A DNA stretch of 63,563 bases, counting the filler, from Platydemus manokwari (taxonomy: Eukaryota), in assembly GCA_037951405.1 (NCBI GenBank). It is 6 parts of 6 records of this genome, joined end to end, with 100 filler letters (N's around TTAATTAATTAA, not from the genome) between each part and the next. Parts side by side here need not be neighbours in the genome. Positions count along the whole stretch, not along the records: positions 18,043 to 26,755 come from JBBMOY011361760.1; positions 26,856 to 41,171 come from JBBMOY011484751.1; 4 more parts are not named here. One strand, written 5' to 3'. Below, in pieces: positions 22,705 to 36,080 of this stretch (position 1 is the first letter of the stretch; each line of letters opens with the position of its first letter). The position numbers were made by a program, and so were the translations under genes. The notes below the pieces were generated by a model. The model was given only the letters and a program-made list of their open reading frames with translations, had not been told where the DNA came from and did not search any database.

Positions 22705-25700
22705 GTTTAGAGTATTCATAAACCACTGTTATGCGAATCAAGAGTTTGTTGAAGTCAATAGATGAAATAATTTCAATAATAATTCCTTGATATGTTTTCA
22801 AATATTAAAATGTTATTAAGCGTGTTTTATGAAGAATAACATGATGAAACAATAAATCGAATGGCCTATGCAATTCAGGTATAAAAAGGTGTTTTTCAAA
22901 ATAGCGTCTCACATGGATATTGGAATAAGTTCCGAAAAATCAGTTCGGTGGTTTGTAAAAATCATTTTAATCTTTTAATATCAGCATCCCCACATTTATT
23001 TTTACAATTTTTGTTTAAATACATGAACGAAAAATTGATTTTTATAATATCAATTAATCGTATGCATTATTTGACATGATCTAAAATTAAATAATTATTT
23101 ATAAACCACGATTTATAAATCGATGCATATTTTGTTTATATAATTTTCCTGAAATAATATTTAATAATGTCTACTTGTACGACATTTATTGCAGCTTATA
23201 AATGTAAATTTATTTCGATTTATTAAATTGGCCAATAGCAGAAAAATTAATCGAAATTAATTTTGCCTTGCTAGCAAATCATACGCGATAGAAAAATGAA
23301 AACAATTTTGATTATTGGAAGATAAAAATAATTTCGATTTAAATTCAAATTCAATTTACCAATAAATGCTATTTTCTACACGATAATGAAAGTATGAATT
23401 GGTTTCCTTTTCTTTCAGAGGACATCGGATCAGGGGTTCCTGGTGTATTTATGAAAATAAGTCATTAAACTGAAAATAAGAGTTCGAATTTTCTTTTTTT
23501 AAAAATGAATTGTTTTATTCAACAGATATTGAAATAAAATATTTCTTTAGTTTTTCAAACGTTGGAAGGAGAAAGGCTTGAATTGAGCTTGGGGTCTCAT
23601 TGTTTGTGTATGAATTGTATCATTTTTAAATCAATAGTAAAAGTACTAAATTTTCATTTGACTGTCTATTGAATCTATTATAAAACAGGACCACTTAGTA
23701 AAAAGATTTCGACACAACTGTGAGGATTATTTCAGAAGAAAAATATATCGAAATATTATTTTTGAATAATCCGACAAAAGAAAGTAAACTAATGATAAAA
23801 TGATTCATCCAAACTGATTAAAAGATAATAATAATAATCAATTTAATTTTTGTATCAATCCGATTTAAATTAAAACTTAAATTCTATGAAAACAGATTTT
23901 ATTTATAATTTAATTGTTAATGAAAGTTGTGAATTATATGTTTTTAAAATGATTTCTATCAATTTGTTCCTAATTATTTTTAATGAATAAATTATTACCA
24001 TATCGACTGTTTAATTAGCAATGAATGCTTTGTGGAGATTTTAAATATCTAGATCCATTTGTTGTTCAATGCCTCTTCTGATAATATTTTTGACTATAAA
24101 CAGATCAAAATAAATTAGTTACATTTCATGTTATGATTATCGAGCAACAATATCGACTTATCATTAATAATATCGATTCACAAATAACAAATTCAGATGA
24201 AGAGCATGATAATCTCGTAACAGAATTAAACCATTGGTATAATAAATGCAATGTAAATTAGCTAATATAGGATTGGAATTATAGAAAATAATATTTAAAC
24301 CAATAAAGAAAATATGTAAATTGAGAAATATAAACAAAATATCAGTCGTCTGTAAATCTGAAATTTTGAAAATAGTCACCTTTAAGGTCCACCTACTTTT
24401 GCCAGCGTTCTGGAAGTTGTTTTGTGTCATTTTCAAAGATTTTATAAATTTATCATACAATATTATCTTGTAATAAAATATCATCAAGTATAGATGATTG
24501 GATAAATTATTATTATATCCTGTATATGTTTAACACATTATTCCCGATAATAATAAAAATTATTAAATAAATTAAATAATAAGCAAGGTTGACAGAGATA
24601 TATTGAAATGGAAAATATTTTTTACAGTTGGACATATTATTATAATTATTATTTAATATCATTGATTCAAACAAACCGGTTATTATATCCGCTCATTGAC
24701 ATTTTTCTTTTTTTTCCAATACTGGCAGTCACAAAATGAAGCCATTCATCTTTATACAAAATGGAATTGGATTCCATTTCCCAACCATTGAAATGCTCAT
24801 TCATACTTATTTAGTCAAACGTAAAAAATGGACAGAATCTGAATCTATTTTGATAATATCCCATATCAATCACATGTAATTTAATTAATATGCGTTGGAA
24901 AGAAATCACTAATAAACAATTGTCAGGTCGGAAATTCGTGTGGTAGTTTATCTCATCTCTTAGACGTCATTTTGATAAATATCTTCATCATATGAATTAC
25001 ATATATATGTTTATATTAGTCGGATATGATCACTACCGGTATAATATACTTGTGAAATATATTTACTGCCCGACCTTATCGACATGATTGGCATAATTCA
25101 TACTGATAATTAATTCCGAAAATAATTACCACTTCATAAATGATAAAGAGTAAGCCATATTTCTTGAATGATTATTGATGATTATCTTTAATTTCCACAT
25201 TTGATTGTTGGTGGTCGTTATTTACTTTTATTATTTATAATAATGACAATGATCTTTACACAACGACAACATGATATTTTGAAAATGACCTCAAGATAGT
25301 ATAAAACATAATTATCTTTTTTACAGTGATATCATGAGATAATTTCAAACCGTTCCATAACATATTAATTTATTTTTCATGTTTTTCTTTAAATAGCTAA
25401 ATAAATTGATCTTTTTTTTGAAAATTATTTTGCATCTTATTAAAAAAACACAATAAATCAAACGAAAAAACCTGATATTTTCATGACTTCAAATTTTAAA
25501 AATAAATTAATTTATGGGAAAAATCCGACTAATTTTTCATGAATCGGCTTGCTTTTAGTAGGATGATGTTTCACAAAAGATAAATAAATCTGTATTCGAT
25601 TATCCACGTTAGCATTGATCTCGATGACAGATAAAATCACTGGATGATTTTACACACATTCAATTTTATCATGCTTGTATATTTGATGATCCATGATGAT

Positions 25701-25720
25701 TTCCTTCTCAAATTCTGTAG

Positions 25721-26435
25721 GTGTTGACGATTGGCAACAACAATGATTATGGCCAACAAGTTTACATTCACATGATGGAAGAGAAAGCTTGTATAATGTT
25801 AAAATCACTTAATATGTATTGCTTAGTGGGTCAGCCAATTCAATCAAATTCCACAAAAGCCAATATCGTTATTAAGATTGTTACATTCTCAAATTGTCTT
25901 AGCCAAGATAATAATAACTATACAATAAGAGTATATGTTGTGCCAAATACCAAGGAATCAATGGGGAATATTTATTTCCAAGAACATAAATTAGGAGGCC
26001 AATTATTAAATATTTCCAAATCGACGAATTTTGCAGATAATGGAGAAAATCTCGTTTTGAGACTTAATGAGATCAGTAATGGTTGGAAAATACAACACAC
26101 TCCACAGACCCAGGTTGGTAATTAGTTTGATTATTTTATTCATTCATTATCATTGAGTTTTAGTTGATTAATTTTTCCATTGTATGGAGAAGCCACAACA
26201 CTTTGGGTGTGATGAATCAATTTATGTTGGAAAAAACTGATTCCAACGTTAATTTCATCAAATGTTGTCTCGTAGCTTATCAAAATGGCAATTATTCTAA
26301 TCGCGTTTCCTTGGAATTGGTTAATGGTAAATCACAGAATCAGTGCGATTTAATTCAAAAACAATCTTTGGACAATTTGTCGTACAAAGAAATAACAGCC
26401 CATCCGTTTGTGAAACCAATTTTTGAAAATTTCAG
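25721..26435 (+). CDS. unc5: Netrin receptor UNC5-like, two internal exons (ZU5 end and UPA domain); partial gene
   Basis: Exons 25721-26113 and 26164-26435 with AG/GT boundaries. Segments VLTIG..VYIHM..ACIML..MYCLVG, YTIRVYVVPNT, EHKLGGQLL, ENLVLRL and WKI..Q|LINFSIVW match the UNC5 ZU5/UPA pattern. The death-domain exon and upstream exons were not found in this contig. Confidence 0.8.
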
Positions 26436-26514
26436 GTAAAAATTATATAAGATTATGTATTATGATAATATAATATATTATAACATTTTATAATACAATA
26501 ATAATAATAATAAT

Positions 26515-26640
26515 TGTAAGCCGCTAGTATTTTAAGAACAGCATATTAAAAACGAACTGAAATGACATGGCAGAAAATTATGTATTTAAATACATTTTTT
26601 ATAAACAGCTTCATATAATTTTATATCTTAAATATTTTTA
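26515..26640 (-). repeat. Partial TRIM-family LTR
   Basis: TGTAAGCCGCTAGTATTTT..ATTAAAAACGAACTGAA matches the LTR end. Confidence 0.6.
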
Positions 26641-26644
26641 TATC

Positions 26645-26663
26645 TTAATAATAATAATAATAA

Positions 26664-26697
<34 letters not shown>

Positions 26698-26755
26698 CAA
26701 TAATAATTATTATTTTACAATAACTTATGATTATATAAGCTTATAAAAAATAATA
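26645..26755. repeat. (AAT)n microsatellite
   Basis: Imperfect TAA triplet run ending at the gap. Confidence 0.85.
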
Positions 26756-26855
26756 NNNNNNNNNNNNNNNNNNNNNNNNNNNNNNNNNNNNNNNNNNNNT
26801 TAATTAATTAANNNNNNNNNNNNNNNNNNNNNNNNNNNNNNNNNNNNNNNNNNNN
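26756..26855. other. Assembly spacer (artificial)
   Basis: N44-TTAATTAATTAA-N44. Confidence 0.98.
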
Positions 26856-28506
26856 ATTTGTTTGAATAATGTTTATTTGTTTTTAATTAATAAAATTGTG
26901 AAAATCCTAATCATGAATTCTTTTGATGCAACCCCAGTAACAAACGAAGTCGCTGCAACTAACATACAATAAATCCCAGTAAGAAGGAAAATGCGTTCAC
27001 TTAAATTTATTGAAATTATTGTGCGTGAAACTAGAAAATGTATTCGTTTAAATACTAGTTTAGGTTGTGGCGTTTGTGGGTGTCATTATTCATTATTTGC
27101 TAACCTTAAAAATTTCCTATGTTGCCATGGTGATCTTGAATTTAAATCACTAACGTTGCCACTAGCATTTTCATGGCAAGATGCATTAATCATACTTTCA
27201 ATCGTATTTATGTTAAAATTATTTCCGCCTACAATAAGAATTATAATTATATTTATAATTATATGTATTAATTATTTATATTTAAATATTTCTATGGATA
27301 CATACGGATATCCAACATCATGACATATTTATTTATATTTATATTTCATATAATTGGGTTTCACATTCATGTTTTATTTCATATAAGATTTCAAATTCAT
27401 TTTTCTATTTTCAGCAGCTTTTATTCTTTTAACTTTTATTACTTTTTGTTTTATATCCAATATTAATTTACTAACCACAGCTCATTATATCTCAAATTTA
27501 TCATTACCGTAGTTCCTCGAGATGTTACAATTCAAGTTGATGAATTTCAGAATACCCTAAAAGATATATTCATTTTAAATGTTTCTGCTGGTTCTTTGGC
27601 AAAACCACTTGACATCATTAAAAGATGGCTTATTGAAATTCAGCAATGCATATAATAGTGTCACATCTTGACTTGAAGCATATGATAATGATTGTATTAA
27701 AATCCATTCTGTATAATGATGGTTTGCAAGTCACATCATTCAATAAGTTAATTGTGGTATTAATTTTTAATAATTACCTGGCTTTAGCTATGGCAATAAA
27801 AACCAATATCTGTTATTTTGATAATAAAAATTATTATATAAAAATGGATTTCAAATTGTCACATAAATATCTTATGTGTTTTCATCGGATTTAAACAATC
27901 TTTTACTATAATATCTAATCAACTTTTATCATTACAATTTTTCCATCTTTCAAATATTTTTATGAACAGATAATATGATTGGTAGTCAGTTAAACACATA
28001 AGTCCAGAAACTATTTTATTGATTTATGAAAATAAACATATTTTTTTCTAAAAATGTTTGATGAGTTGACAATTGCAATTGTTCTTCAATCATAATGAAA
28101 TATTGGTTAATACGACATATAAATTGTTCAAATATATGTAATGTGTACCGCAATGTGCAATTGTCTTTTATTGGCTTCAAAGTTGCTATTTAATTTTAAA
28201 TTTTGAGACAACAGTGGCATTTAAGAATATCGATTTTCGCATAAAATTATGAGTTAAATTTTATACTCTAATTGTACTCAATTAATAAGTTATTGAAAAT
28301 TATTTGATAGAGTTTATCTGAGATCATTTTTAGTACCCGATGAAGTGAAAATAATTATTATTGAGCATTTATTTTTCGTAGCAATTTTAAAGATACAAAT
28401 CCACATAATATAAAGGTACAGAATTGAATCATTAGTTAACATTGTATAGGAATATTTTATCTTTCGTAAAGAATGAAAACAGAAAATCTTATTTCCCTAT
28501 ATTGAA

Positions 28507-29082
28507 TATGAGAATTTGAAATTGAATTAAATTTTTATAGATTTAATTTTGTATAAAAATTGATTTTAAAAATTATAATAATTTGTTTAAATAATTGTAT
28601 TTAAATAGATGATGTGATGTCGTGACTTTTCAGTTTGTTTTCGTTTTTTTTAATAGTGGCGACTAACATGGTGACCCCCTCATCTGGATTCGATTCTTAG
28701 AAGATCAATAACCGAAAATTATGGAAAAGAAGTTGAAAGATATGTTGGGATTTTAATAGAATAGAAAAAGAAGATGTATAGAAGATTTCAGAAGATTTAT
28801 AGATATAAAAAGATTGAAGAATTATAGTATTTTATGTAGATAAATATGTAGATAATTTGATACAATGTCAATTAAGGATACAAAGAAAATCCAAGATTTT
28901 TAAATAAAGGGGGTGTGAGAATATGAAATTGGATTAAATTTTTAAAGATTTAATTTTGCTTAAAATATGATTTCTAAAATTATATTAACTTGTTTAAATA
29001 ATTGTATTTAAATAGATTATGTGATGTCGCGACTTTTCAGTTCATTTTCGATGCATGTTTTTTAAACTACTAGCTTCTCACA
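28507..29082 (+). mobile_element. Miniature non-coding LTR retrotransposon (TRIM-like), structurally intact
   Basis: 5' LTR 28507-28668 (TATGAGA..CTAACA); PBS TGGTGACCCC..GGATTCGA from 28669; purine-rich non-coding interior; PPT AAATAAAGGGGG 28902-28913; 3' LTR 28914-29082 (TGTGAGA..CA); 5-bp TSD TTGAA at 28502-28506 and 29083-29087. Confidence 0.88.
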
Positions 29083-29842
29083 TTGAATATAAATGGAGAA
29101 GACGATAAATTATTTTATAAAAATATTTTTTTTAATTGTGTCATTTGACTAGCTCATTAAGAACGTTGATCTTTGAAATACATTCCATGATTTCATTTTA
29201 TATTAACCCAATTATACAGCAATTATATTGAATAAATGTACATTTGTACTTAATTAATTCTGGTAAATTTTATTTGATTAAGTAGCTTTCAATGTTTAGA
29301 AACTGTAGATTGTATTGTAACACTTGTTCAATCGCTGCATCTTCAAATCTGGTATGTTTGGCAGTGAATATAAATATAACGTTTACTGCGATACTGAATT
29401 TTGTATTTAATTAAGAATGTGATCTGATTCATTTACAATTGACCAAATTAGTGATGCTAAAAAATAATCGATATTAATTATTTTTCTGTTTGATTAAAAA
29501 TCAACATTTGTTTAAAATCGTTATTAATTGATTTTTATACATATAATCGTTTATTATAAGAACAGAATGTGATCGATAGATGATTTCAGAATTATTTTAT
29601 ACTTAATATTGCTATGATCAGAATATCTAATAATGTAATTCATTATTGATTGATAAATTAAATTAGCCAATCATATTCGAGAGATTTTTCGAGAGTACCA
29701 AAATATCAAATCAATTGAAAACAATCGTATTAAACAAGATGATCGATTGTTAAAACTGAAAAATATGAATGAAGTGCTGGTAAATATTTATTTATCACAA
29801 CCCAATATGCCAATAGAAAAATAGACAACAACAACAACAACA

Positions 29843-31313
29843 CTACAAAGACGTATCGACTGAGCAAATAATAAAAATCTGATCGTTCCTGCACAACTCA
29901 TCATTCGATAACAGTTCATCCATTGAAATGAATTTGTGGGAGCCAAATGCTATTCGTTTGTCATCTGTCGGTTTTTTCCAAGCGATATTGTCGACAACAT
30001 CGTCGAATCGCACTGTTCGACTGGTATGAATGAGTCCGGACTGTTGATTGATCAGTGAAAACGTCACCGAATGTTTCATTGGCCATTGTAAAATGTCATC
30101 GAACGGGCCTTGGATTATGCAAAAATGAACCGCCAAATACGAACCCTTTCCAGTGTTAATTCCACTCGGATCGACTCTCAAACACATTTTGTATCCGTTT
30201 CTATGAGAGTAGAAAGATTCGCTGTAAATCTCCTGATTGGTTGCTTCTCGAGCTTTTTTAATTTTATCCGAAAACTGATCGATAGTCCACACAAATTCTC
30301 CATAATTCTGTTTTTCCTGAATCAAGCGCAATTGTGTGATTTTTTTATCGAAATTATCGATTTTTTTGTTGATTATTTGAATGGTCTTGTAGATATCTGG
30401 CCTCATTGTGAGGATATCCGTTTCAATTGCCATTTCAGTGATATCCTCCAGTTGCGATGACTAGATTAAAATGAAATATCAATTAATTATAATCGATAAT
30501 TATTACTGGATCATAATCGACCAATAGATTTGCTCCATTGTATTCGCTTTCTGGATTTCGATATTCGACTTCGTTCAGATTTAATTGACTCATTAAATGT
30601 TTGATTTGCAAGGATTTATAATGATCATTGATTATCAATTGTGAAATGATAGCCTGCATTAATATTACGTCACTGTCACCACTTCTGAATTAATTATAAG
30701 ATACCTGCTTCTCTTCAGCATCCTTTTTGATATGATGGATTTCTTTCTTCAATTCATTATTTTCCTTTCGAGAACTAGAAATGGCTGATTTTATTATTCT
30801 TATTTCATTTCTCAAATTATCGATCCATTTCATCAATAATTTCGTGTGAGAATAATTCTCCACGTCTAAATGTTCATTGATTTCGTCTTTAATCATTTTG
30901 GATTCGCAGCACCCAAGATTAGAAAATGGACATTTGACTGAACCGGTTTCGTATTGTATCAAATCTTCTTTGATATTGTGGAATTCGTCGATTGATTCAT
31001 TTGATTGCTTGTTACACTTTACCACTATTCTCGAAATTTTACTTTCAGTTGATTGGTCAACAAGAATATTTTCATCGATATACAATAATTGTTTTCTACA
31101 CTCATCAAATTCTCCAGGACAACACTTTTCTTCTCCATTTAAATATATTTCAATGCACTCCCAACAATATTTGCAGCCACATAGTCCATTACAAGCATTT
31201 TTCACTGTTCCTTTGCAAATTACACATGTCTGTTCATTAGTAAATAAATCATGATTCTCGTTGATTTGATTTTCTGTGGTATGTTTAGCATTATAAAAAT
31301 TATTAACTGCCAT
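29843..31313 (-). CDS. TRAF: TNF receptor-associated factor (RING, degenerate zinc finger, coiled coil, MATH), ~457 aa, 3 exons
   Basis: Exons 31313-30705, 30653-30507 and 30460-29843 with 51- and 46-nt introns. RING CVIC..CGCKYCWEC..CP; TRAF finger remnant CPFSNLGC..EHL; MATH GEFVWTI..SESFYSHRNGYKMCLRV..GKGSYLAVHF..GPFDDILQWP..NDQIFIIC. Confidence 0.93.
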
Positions 31314-32929
31314 TTAATGATTAAATCTAAAATCAATGAAATATATTTCATTAAACTTATTTTCATTACATTTTAAGACAAACATTAATAATAAAAATTA
31401 ATATTAAAATATTCAACTATTTATTGTAAAATTTCATCTTAATTTAATTTTCAAACTTAGAACTAAGTTAAAATTATACTATTAAAAGGTCATTGATTAT
31501 TTATTAAAATGATTCAATTAAACAATTTCTACAAAACAAAATCATTTTTTAATTTATAAAATCTTCTGAGCTAATTTTTCCGACATAACATCTTTTTCTC
31601 TGCAAAACTTATCTATCAATAAATAATCAATTAATTTTGCATCACATTTTAACTTGATCTTTACTTTTCCATATTTCATATGAGTTTTTTGGTTTCTGTA
31701 TGTGTGTTGGATTGGTCAATTCCTATATGTGTGTAGTCATGTGGCTAAGTCCCTTTTCTAGTTGTGGTTACCATCTAACTCGGCTGTGATTGACTGATTT
31801 CCATACATGTATGGTTATTTAAGCATAAAAATGTTTGAAGTGCTAAAAAAAAAGTTCCAAGGTGCAAATTCGTTTTCCATTTCCAAAGTTTCATCTCACT
31901 CAATACAAATATTTTTTCCAAATAAGGAATAGATTATTTGAAATTTCTCAGGTAATATTAGATTAACATTTTTCCTTCTATTAGGGAATTATTTGCTAAA
32001 TATTTCTCAAGTGATGTTACATTTGTCAATAATCAGTACTGTGATATAAATGACAATATTTGTTTACTTTATTTTAATTGTTTCTTGTAAGTGATTCAAT
32101 AACTTATAATAAAATAAGCTGTTGGAAAAAATTTATCAAGACTTAAAACTAGACTAATAAAATTTAGTTGCTCTGGCCAAAAGAACTATTTAAATGTCAA
32201 TGCCAGTAAAGTGGTTCCTAAAGTTAATACAAGATAAAGATATCTTTAAAACAATGTTTAAACTATCCAATGATAATCGTAATGGCAAATTATAAAGCAA
32301 TAATATTGTGAATGTTATTATATATTTAGAAACAATGACAAAACGTGAAAACAACACTAAAAATCCTTGACAGAAATAAGCAGTGAAGCATCATCTGTAT
32401 GAATTACGGTAAATATCCGGGATATGTAAGAAAGCAAGAGTAAAAGAATTTTAATTAAATTATGAATAAAAATTACAAGTAAATTACAGTTTCTTAAATG
32501 AATAGGGATATTTAAGTTTTAGTGGATAAAAGGAAAGTTCAAATGACTGACGTCACCCGATTGTAGTGAATTTGGAACGAATTCTGTCGACTATGTACTA
32601 TCAATGAAGTAACTATGAGATGCTTGTTCCTCGTATTTTTTCAATAGAGGCTGAATCGTTTTGGTGCGAATTCACAGCACTATTTATTATGGTCCTTTCA
32701 ATTATTCATTTTATTATTGTTTTTATTACTTTTACATTCCATTGGTTTCAATTGTCTGCAATGAATAATCGAAGATATTAGAATTTTATTGGTGGCTATT
32801 TTCATTTAATTGACGAATATTTTTTTCTTTTTCGGTTTATGTTTTTGTTTTTTTTAACTGGTTAATCTACGTTACATAGTTGTCATTTTTCAAGGGTTGA
32901 AATTGTCATTTTTTATTTATTTTTATCTT

Positions 32930-34620
32930 ACAGGAGTTAGAAAAGAATAAATCCACATAAAATTATAGTTAATGAATACTGAAATTAGTGATTATCATCA
33001 TGATTTTGCAGAATTTCCAAATATAGACTGAAGGACTGCGTTTTATTATAATATCAGTGATAACCTTTAATAAAGTAATGAGTAATAAAGTAATAAAGCC
33101 ATCATAATAAGGGGGAATTATCAAAAGAACAAAGAAGCAATCTTTCTAAAAGAAAGTTTGTCTAATCGAGGAGATTACTTTCATGTGAAGAATCTAAGAT
33201 AAAGGAGAGAAGAGAGCTTATTTATAAGAGAAAAGGGCGAGCAATAAGATAACAAGAAAACTTATTTTCTAATAGAAAATAAAAGCAGATTCTGGTGTTC
33301 GATAAGCAAATCGTTACCAGAAGACAAACAAGAAAACAGGAATTAAAAATACATGGTGAAAGACTTTAAAAAGATATAGTACAAGGGCAGCAAGTCATTT
33401 TAAAAGATGTCTAACTTTCTGGAAATGGAATACAAAATATTTCAAATGGAAATAATTAAGTTTACCATTTGAGATGCTTAATGGTCAATGGAAAATTATC
33501 CTAGAAAACATATGGAGGAGATCCATGAAATGGTCAGGACAAATGGTCATAATTGAGAAACCATATGTAAAAATTACTTATATGTCTAACTGGTGTGGTA
33601 ATAAATGCTTATAATCGGACTGCCACTAAAACAAATTGTGGAGAACTAATCGAAGAGCTAAGACAGATTAGCCAATTAAGTAGGACCTCGATGAAAGCAT
33701 AGGAAAATTTGCATTTAATCTCCTAAAGATATTCCAAGTGCTTCGTGGACTTCGAAGTGAATGGTTAGAGGAAACAGATGGAGAAATAACCAATAGATTA
33801 TAGCCCGAGATGACAGAAACAGTAAAAATAACATTGACAGCATTATAATTCAAAAATGTCCAAAAGGTGATAGGCAAGTCAATGAAAATAGAAACTTCCT
33901 TAAGAAATATCGGATCAAAAGTATCATCGGTTTCAAGCAAACCTAGAGAAAAAAATGAAGCATTTTAATAACAATTAAAAGGGCTATAATTCCAAAGATT
34001 ATCGATAATCAAAAACTGAAACTAAGATTAAGCATAGTACATACTGTCTAACGAAAGGACAGTTGGCAGAAGAGTATCGAACCAAGGTTTGCCAAATCTG
34101 TAAAAAGATGGTGTCAAGAAGAAACTTTCTGGTTCAAAAAAGAACACATGAAGCATAAGATGTGAAATAATTTGTTTTAAATGCTGCAAAGCATAACACC
34201 ATGCACGAGAATGTGATGAGTTAACGAAGATTAGAAAACTTAGCAAAAACCTTCCATAGAAGGATCATTATAATATAGTAAATTATGAAGCAACATATCA
34301 TGATGAAGAAAAAGATGGACTGTATGCTCAAATAGAAAAACCACACCTTCAGAGAGAAAAATAATAAAAATCTGGTTATTAATACAATAGTAAATGAATG
34401 AAAGAGACAAAAGAATATAAATCAGATAGCTCGAGAAGTATCTAAAACTCAAATATAATCCATAATAGAATTGATTAAAGACAAATTGCAGTACCGCGAA
34501 GAGTCTTGATCAGATCTCTTAAGACTACAGGATCCAAGATGGAGCCAAATGAAGAAAATATAATTACTAGGGTTAAATGGTCCATGGGAAAAATTGTTGA
34601 GTCCAGACTAGTGATAAAGA
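32930..34620 (+). mobile_element. Decayed retroelement coding relic with gag-type CCHC zinc knuckle
   Basis: Purine-rich, stop-riddled reading frame. CFKCCKA*HHAREC (CX2CX4HX4C) at 34173-34214. Boundaries are approximate. Confidence 0.6.
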
Positions 34621-35170
34621 TATAATATTTAAATTCACCAGTAAATGAATTGTTAAATCCTATATTTAAGATTTTTTCAATGAGAAAGAAATACTATTGG
34701 ATTGACAATGTTACACAATCTTTAAACCCCCAATATAATCCTAAAGCATTTGTCCATATTTTTAACAAGTTACGCAATAAATCACAATCTTTGGACAACC
34801 AAGTCAAAGAAATAATAATTCAATGTCACGTGATTATTAATTTCATTTCACTTAGTTAGAAATAAATTTACTGCATTTTGTAAAATAAATGCTTTTGGAG
34901 AGCTCAACCTTGGTGATATATGATTGGTTAGAAGTTATCGATTAACAAAATAACTAAAATCAAATAACCAATAACGTGTTAATAACTGAAAAATTGTTAT
35001 TAAAAATCATTTAATGTTATAATGTTGCAAATAATGACATTTCACATTGATCATGATATCATTTGATCAGTAAACATAACAAACAAGATAAAAATTCGCA
35101 ACAACGATTTATTTGACCAAGCATTTATTACAAAAACTATAACATATACATGCTGTAAAACTTGATCAAA

Positions 35171-36080
35171 TCATGAATAATGACGATATTCCGGTTTTAA
35201 TTCCCACATATGTCTTCTAGATGGTGCTTTACTTAATTGAGCAACTTCCTTTAAGATCTCTTTCACATATCCCTAGAATTGTATTAATAATTTGATTATT
35301 AACAATAATTTAGTTACGGGAGGCTGACCAGTTAAATCGATTAGATCTTTTATATTATAGAATTGATGCTTTTCAAAATATGAACATATTAAATCCATTA
35401 ATGTATTGCGATCCATTCTGGCAGATCGTGTTCCATCCCTGCCGTTTTGATCTTTCTTTTTCTATAATTTATAATTGAAACATAATTAATTAAAAAAAAT
35501 TTACATTGATAGTTCCAGTAGATTTTGGTTTAAATTCTACTCCTTGCTCTTCGCATATCTGAGTTTTTCGTAAAGGTGTGTTATAAGTTTTTATTTGTTT
35601 TGATTTTAAGGCAAAATATGCATTGTCATCTGGAGGCATTACATTGCATCTAACACTAACTCGACCTATTATCGATTTCTTCTTAAACTTCGGCTTTTTC
35701 ATGGGATTGTAACCTCCTTCTATATCAGATGATTGAAGAATATAAGTTTTACCATCTCGAGATCCTATAGACAAATTTTTCGCTCTTTCTTCAGCTTTAA
35801 TATTTACATTTTTAATATTCTCGTTAACCCCTTGAATAATAAATTTATTAACTGTGGGTATATCTTTATTTTTAATAAAATCTGGATTGCATATTAGCTT
35901 ATAAGCCGCTTCTTTATCTTTATCAGGTTGGTCTCCAACCACAATTTTAGCAACAATTGAATTGTCTGGAGCATTCATCCACTCATTTGATAGATAATTA
36001 GGAATTTTCACTAACCAAACTTTATCATCACATTGGGATGCATCTACTGAATAAACTGCATCATCATCAGGATCAATCAT
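35171..36080 (-). CDS. GTF2F2: General transcription factor IIF subunit 2 (RAP30/TFIIF-beta), ~273 aa, 3 exons
   Basis: Exons 36080-35505, 35461-35318 and 35272-35171. N-terminal VWLVKIPNYLSNEW; C-terminal winged helix FEKHQFYNIKDLIDLTGQPPGYVKEILKEVA..HMWELKPEYRHY*. Confidence 0.95.

Noticed and set aside
23419-25150. Exon-like islands upstream of the UNC5 exons on both strands
   Set aside because: No ZU5, TSP or Ig similarity, and frames contain stops; cannot be assigned.
30110-31254. + strand ORFs of 82-125 aa
   Set aside because: Antisense shadows of TRAF exons.
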